DNA of 64,000 nt. Source: Candidatus Bathyarchaeota archaeon (GTDB lineage Archaea; Thermoproteota; Bathyarchaeia; Bathyarchaeales; Bathycorpusculaceae). Both the position numbers and the translations under genes were made by a program. Each line of letters begins with the position of its first letter. The first letter of the stretch is position 1. The stretch is taken from contig CAWGZR010000005.1 of NCBI GenBank assembly GCA_963827165.1, positions 800,001 through 864,000 on the forward strand. The letters run 5' to 3'. Under the pieces are notes generated by a model. That model had not been told where the DNA came from. It made no database searches and worked only from the letters and a program-made list of their open reading frames with translations. Below are positions 60,454-64,000 of this stretch, piece after piece.

Positions 60454-61686
60454 ATGTCACATATAGAGACCTTAAGGAAAATTCAACTCGACGATTACAA
60501 AGAAATCGTGGGCGCGGAAGAAATCGACTCAGTCCGAGCCTTAGCCGAAAAATTGGCAGGTAAATCGGTCACCCATGTCAATTCCACCGCTTTCGGAGGT
60601 GGAGTTGCCGAGATGCTTCAAAACCTTGTACCTATAATGAAGGATGTAGGATTAGATGTCCATTGGGAGGTCATTAAGGGCTCTATGGATTTCTTTAACG
60701 TAACCAAAAAAATACACAACGCCCTTCAGGGAATGAACCTTAACCTTACTGACGAAGAAATACGCACGTATTTGGAATACAACCGGATGAACAGTGAAAC
60801 AACAATCTTGAACACAGATTTTGTAGTCGTTCACGACAATCAACCCGCCGCTATGATCCAGTTTCTTCCCGAAAAAAAAGACCGATGGATTTGGCGCTGC
60901 CACATTGACCTCTCAACTCCCAACACCACAGTTTGGAGTTTTCTTGAACGTTTTATAAGCCGATACGACGCCGCAATTTTCACTTCTGAAAAATACGTAG
61001 TGCCCAGCGTAAACGTCCCGAAAGTCTTCATAAGACCTCCCTCAATCGACCCGTTAGCCGACAAGAACAAGGAAATCTCAGAGTCCACAATTTTGGAGAT
61101 TTTGACAAAATTCGGGCTGAAACCCGACAAACCCATCATCACGCAGGTTGGGAGATTTGACCCTTGGAAAGACCCTTTAGGCGTAATCGACGTCTACAAG
61201 CTTGTGAAGAAGGAGATTCCGGCGGTTCAACTTCTTTTGATTGCTGGGATGGCGAATGATGATCCTGAAGGCTGGACTTACTTTGAGAAGACGGCTAGGC
61301 ACGCTGGTGACGACGATGATATTCATCTTTTGACGGATTTCAAAGGCGTCAAAGATCTTGAGGTTAATGCTTTTCAAAGGGCGTCGCAGGTTATGCTTCA
61401 GATGTCCACCCGGGAAGGATTCGGCCTAAGCGTCACCGAATCGCTCTGGAAAGGCATTCCCGTTGTTGCAAGGAACGTCGGAGGAATTCCTCTTCAGGTC
61501 GTCAACGGAACAAACGGTTTCCTCATAGACGACATAGCTCAAGCGGCTGAAAAAACCGTTTACCTGCTGAATCATCGCGATGAGGCACAACAGATGGGTA
61601 AGAACGGCAGAGAATACGTGAAAAACAATTTCCTAATTGTTAACGACCTCAAGGGTTACCTAAAGATATTCACCGATCTCCTCTAA
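60454..61686 (+). CDS. treT: Trehalose glycosyltransferring synthase (GT4)
   Basis: NSTAFGGGVAE, HNALQG, WRCHID, RFDPWK, REGFGL. Confidence 0.9.
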   Translation: MSHIETLRKIQLDDYKEIVGAEEIDSVRALAEKLAGKSVTHVNSTAFGGGVAEMLQNLVPIMKDVGLDVHWEVIKGSMDFFNVTKKIHNALQGMNLNLTDEEIRTYLEYNRMNSETTILNTDFVVVHDNQPAAMIQFLPEKKDRWIWRCHIDLSTPNTTVWSFLERFISRYDAAIFTSEKYVVPSVNVPKVFIRPPSIDPLADKNKEISESTILEILTKFGLKPDKPIITQVGRFDPWKDPLGVIDVYKLVKKEIPAVQLLLIAGMANDDPEGWTYFEKTARHAGDDDDIHLLTDFKGVKDLEVNAFQRASQVMLQMSTREGFGLSVTESLWKGIPVVARNVGGIPLQVVNGTNGFLIDDIAQAAEKTVYLLNHRDEAQQMGKNGREYVKNNFLIVNDLKGYLKIFTDLL

Positions 61687-61799
61687 ACTGATTTTGGAGT
61701 CTCAAAGCGCTTGAACGATAAACCGAGCGGTTGTATCTGCATTTTCTCAATTGAAAACTTTTAAATAATGCTTTATCCTCGTAGTTAAGTGAGGTTTTT

Positions 61800-62237
61800 G
61801 TGTTGTTTTTGCCTGATTTGACTATTGCGGGTCACAATGTGAATCTTACTGGTCTCATTGTAACTTTAGTTGGATTGATTATTCTTTGGATAATTGTCTC
61901 GATACCTGTTTGGCTTGCGGGTAAAGCTGTGACAGGCAGCAAAGCGACTTTTGGGGATGCCTTGCTTGCGACGTTGGCTGGACCTGTAGTGTACTTCATC
62001 GTTTTGTTCTTGGTAGGTTTCTTCCTTAGTTCGCTGATCGGTTCTATCGCGTTTGTTTTAGGCTACATTTTGGCGCTTCTGGCTTGGGTCTGGGTTTTCA
62101 AGGCGAGTTTCCAAACCGGGTGGCTGAGGGCGATTGCTATCGCGATTTTGGCCTGGGTAATCTTTATCGTTTTGTCCATCGTGGTGGGCGCAATTTTTGG
62201 AGTCGCGTATCCTGCTCCGTTCTTCCCCAAAATTTAA
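61800..62237 (+). CDS. Hypothetical integral membrane protein (about 4 TM)
   Basis: Strongly hydrophobic ORF. Confidence 0.8.
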   Translation: MLFLPDLTIAGHNVNLTGLIVTLVGLIILWIIVSIPVWLAGKAVTGSKATFGDALLATLAGPVVYFIVLFLVGFFLSSLIGSIAFVLGYILALLAWVWVFKASFQTGWLRAIAIAILAWVIFIVLSIVVGAIFGVAYPAPFFPKI

Positions 62238-62706
62238 AAGCTGAGTAGCCGGGGCAGCTGACGCTCGAGCGCCTGTCGTAGCTCCTGCTTTAGTCGTCCA
62301 AATAGTTCCTTTCTTTATTTTGCTGGTTTTTTGATTTCAACGGCCACTCCTGAGAAAGCCTCGGGTAAACTGAGGTGGCAGAGGTGAAGAAAACTGCCAA
62401 ATTGAACGGGAAAAGCGCAGGAGGCGACTGGAAGAAACGGGAAGAAACTTGACCTTCAGACACCAGAAAGTCTAAACTGGTAAACGCCCTAAAAAAACAA
62501 AGAACTAAAAATCGCTCGGCTAGTTTGCTATAAGAGGAGCCAGGATTGGCTTAGGTTTTTTGATCTCTTTGTAAGTTATTGGTAGCAGAATAAATAGCCG
62601 ACAAACACGAGGATTGTGGCGCATATCTCGAGGAAAACTCGCGCTAATTTTTTGCCAGTTGTTCCTTACAGCCAGGTTTGCCCTTTGCCCGGTTGAGAGG
62701 TTTCTG

Positions 62707-62772
62707 TTGACTATTGTTGACTATTTTAGACTAATATTGACTATTAAAGACTATTTCTGACTATTAAAGACT
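62707..62772. repeat. Degenerate tandem array with exact 10-bp period (GACTATT core, 7 units)
   Basis: GACT at 62709, 62719, 62729, 62739, 62749, 62759 and 62769. Confidence 0.9.
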
Positions 62773-62777
62773 CAACC

Positions 62778-62820
62778 TGCAACCAATCCGAACCCTAAAC
62801 CAAAAAAGCAGCCCAGAACA
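62778..62820 (+). repeat. Dispersed 43-bp intergenic repeat, copy 2
   Basis: 35/43 identical to 25649-25691. Confidence 0.7.
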
Positions 62821-62912
62821 CAAACAAAAAATTTCTCTCACATTCCAGATTTCGGTTTCTTCGACGGCAACTATTATAGGCTGTTGATAGGTGGACAAGG
62901 TGGTGTTAATTT

Positions 62913-63122
62913 GTGAATGCGAAGGGCGGTTCTGTTTCAGCTGCTGATATGCAAAGAAAAAAGAAAATAATAGGTGCCATAGCCGTTGCGTTTGGAGTGC
63001 TGTTCCTTGTGCTTCTGTTCTTTAGGGTTCTTGGGATAATCGACTTCCTCATCCTCGATTTAATAGTGGGATTAGTAGCTAACTACCTTTTTCGAAGAAT
63101 CGACCGACAAGCCACCGCCTAA
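62913..63122 (+). CDS. Small 2-TM membrane protein
   Basis: Basic N-terminus plus two hydrophobic helices; GGTG SD-like sequence upstream. Confidence 0.7.
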   Translation: MNAKGGSVSAADMQRKKKIIGAIAVAFGVLFLVLLFFRVLGIIDFLILDLIVGLVANYLFRRIDRQATA

Positions 63123-63216
63123 AACGATGTACATCCACATACCCAACCCAATGGACGTGGCTTTAGCAAATTATTTATTCTGGAAACAGCTCAAATAATC
63201 GCACAAGTGAACCCCC

Positions 63217-63792
63217 ATGAATCCAATTCTTCTGAAAGCGAAGAAAGTTGTCGGAACGGAAGGTTACATACTGGGCGAAATGAACGATCTCCACGTTGAC
63301 TTCAACACGTGGCAAGCCACCGCCTTTTGCGTGATCCTCAGCGGCGAAGCAGCCGGAGAACTCAACCTGAAAAAACCGTTCCTCCGAAGGATAATAATGT
63401 GTTTGCCAACCGATGTGATAGAGGCGGTAGGCGACGTGGTTACGCTAAAGTCGCCAATAAGAAATCTCAAAGACCTCGCGGAAAAAGAGGTGGAATTCAA
63501 GAGTTTTAAGGTTGAAGGGAAAAGAGTTGTTAGTCCAAACGGCTTTCTTGTGGGTGAGGTCGAAGGGCTAGATGTGGATTTCAGCGATTGGCAGGTCAAA
63601 GGTCTACAAGTCGGTTTGACGGATGAAGCCGCGTTGGAACTCGGGTTCAGCCGACCTTTCATGAGCAAGGTAGTTGTGGTGATTCCAAGCAAAGCGATAG
63701 GCGCAGTTGAAAACTTCGTCACTTTAGATGAAGGAATGGAAAACCTCAAGTCGCTGGTAGAATGCATAAAATCCTGCCAACTACAAAAATAA
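63217..63792 (+). CDS. Tandem PRC-barrel domain protein
   Basis: Two copies of KxVV...G..(L/V)GE...L.VDF..WQ...IxAVx(D/N)xVTL. Confidence 0.85.
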   Translation: MNPILLKAKKVVGTEGYILGEMNDLHVDFNTWQATAFCVILSGEAAGELNLKKPFLRRIIMCLPTDVIEAVGDVVTLKSPIRNLKDLAEKEVEFKSFKVEGKRVVSPNGFLVGEVEGLDVDFSDWQVKGLQVGLTDEAALELGFSRPFMSKVVVVIPSKAIGAVENFVTLDEGMENLKSLVECIKSCQLQK

Positions 63793-63896
63793 CGGCAGAA
63801 GCTTATTCTTGCCAACGCAATAACTCCAACCGCATACAAAGCAGAAAAAAATGCTATAACAGCTAGACTCTTAGCATTAAACTTCATTTTATTCAA
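63790..63896 (-). pseudogene. N-terminal fragment of a QueT-like transporter
   Basis: MKFNAKSLAVIAFFSALYAVGVIALARISF resembles the QueT A.IAALY...LAPISF start; the frame then runs antisense to the PRC gene. Confidence 0.5.
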
Positions 63897-64000
63897 TCTG
63901 GGTTTTTTTTAGGTAGGTTATTTACGGAAATTACCGCGAGAAATGCAACTATCCTCCATGAAATATCAGAACTACTCCCCAAAAATCTTTTTTCTCCCAA

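Noticed and set aside
4135-61377. Numerous 60-180 aa ORFs antisense to or nested in recognised genes
   Set aside because: Shadow frames of well-supported enzymes, with no independent motifs.
62248-62290. GC-rich hairpin after the membrane-protein gene considered as a tRNA or ncRNA
   Set aside because: No cloverleaf, T-loop or anticodon arm; at most a 3' stability or terminator structure.
63264-63789. C-terminal part of the 210-aa minus-strand ORF
   Set aside because: Antisense shadow of the PRC-barrel gene; only the first ~33 codons look like real (QueT-like) coding sequence.

Overview
Archaeal chromosomal window, probably Bathyarchaeia or a related Thermoproteota lineage. That placement is inferred from gene content (LysW pathway, aroA'/aroB', GHMP-type shikimate kinase, TATA/BRE promoters, PEF-CTERM protein), not from a database search. 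The first ~32 kb is an amino-acid biosynthesis supercluster with three units: a 12-gene aromatic operon (ask-aroA'-aroB'-aroD-aroE-aroK-aroA-aroC-CM-aminotransferase-tyrA-GATase), an ilvBN-leuCDBA-pheA unit, and a lysWXYZJK operon with a divergent lysM. Next come rpiA, larE/larC/larB, a ~13 kb accessory tract in which most long genes carry single-base indels (probably assembly errors, some true decay), and a treZ-GH57-treY-malQ / treT trehalose cluster. No rRNA, tRNA, CRISPR array or transposase was recognised. The main finding is an unannotated 27-codon leader ORF before the aromatic operon, in which 9 of the last 14 sense codons are Trp/Phe/Tyr. It is followed directly by a 9-bp hairpin that encloses a U8 tract and has an alternative pairing partner in the Trp-Phe codons. 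This looks like bacterial-style ribosome-mediated attenuation in an archaeon. Weaker cognate-amino-acid leader candidates precede ilvB, lysW and leuC.
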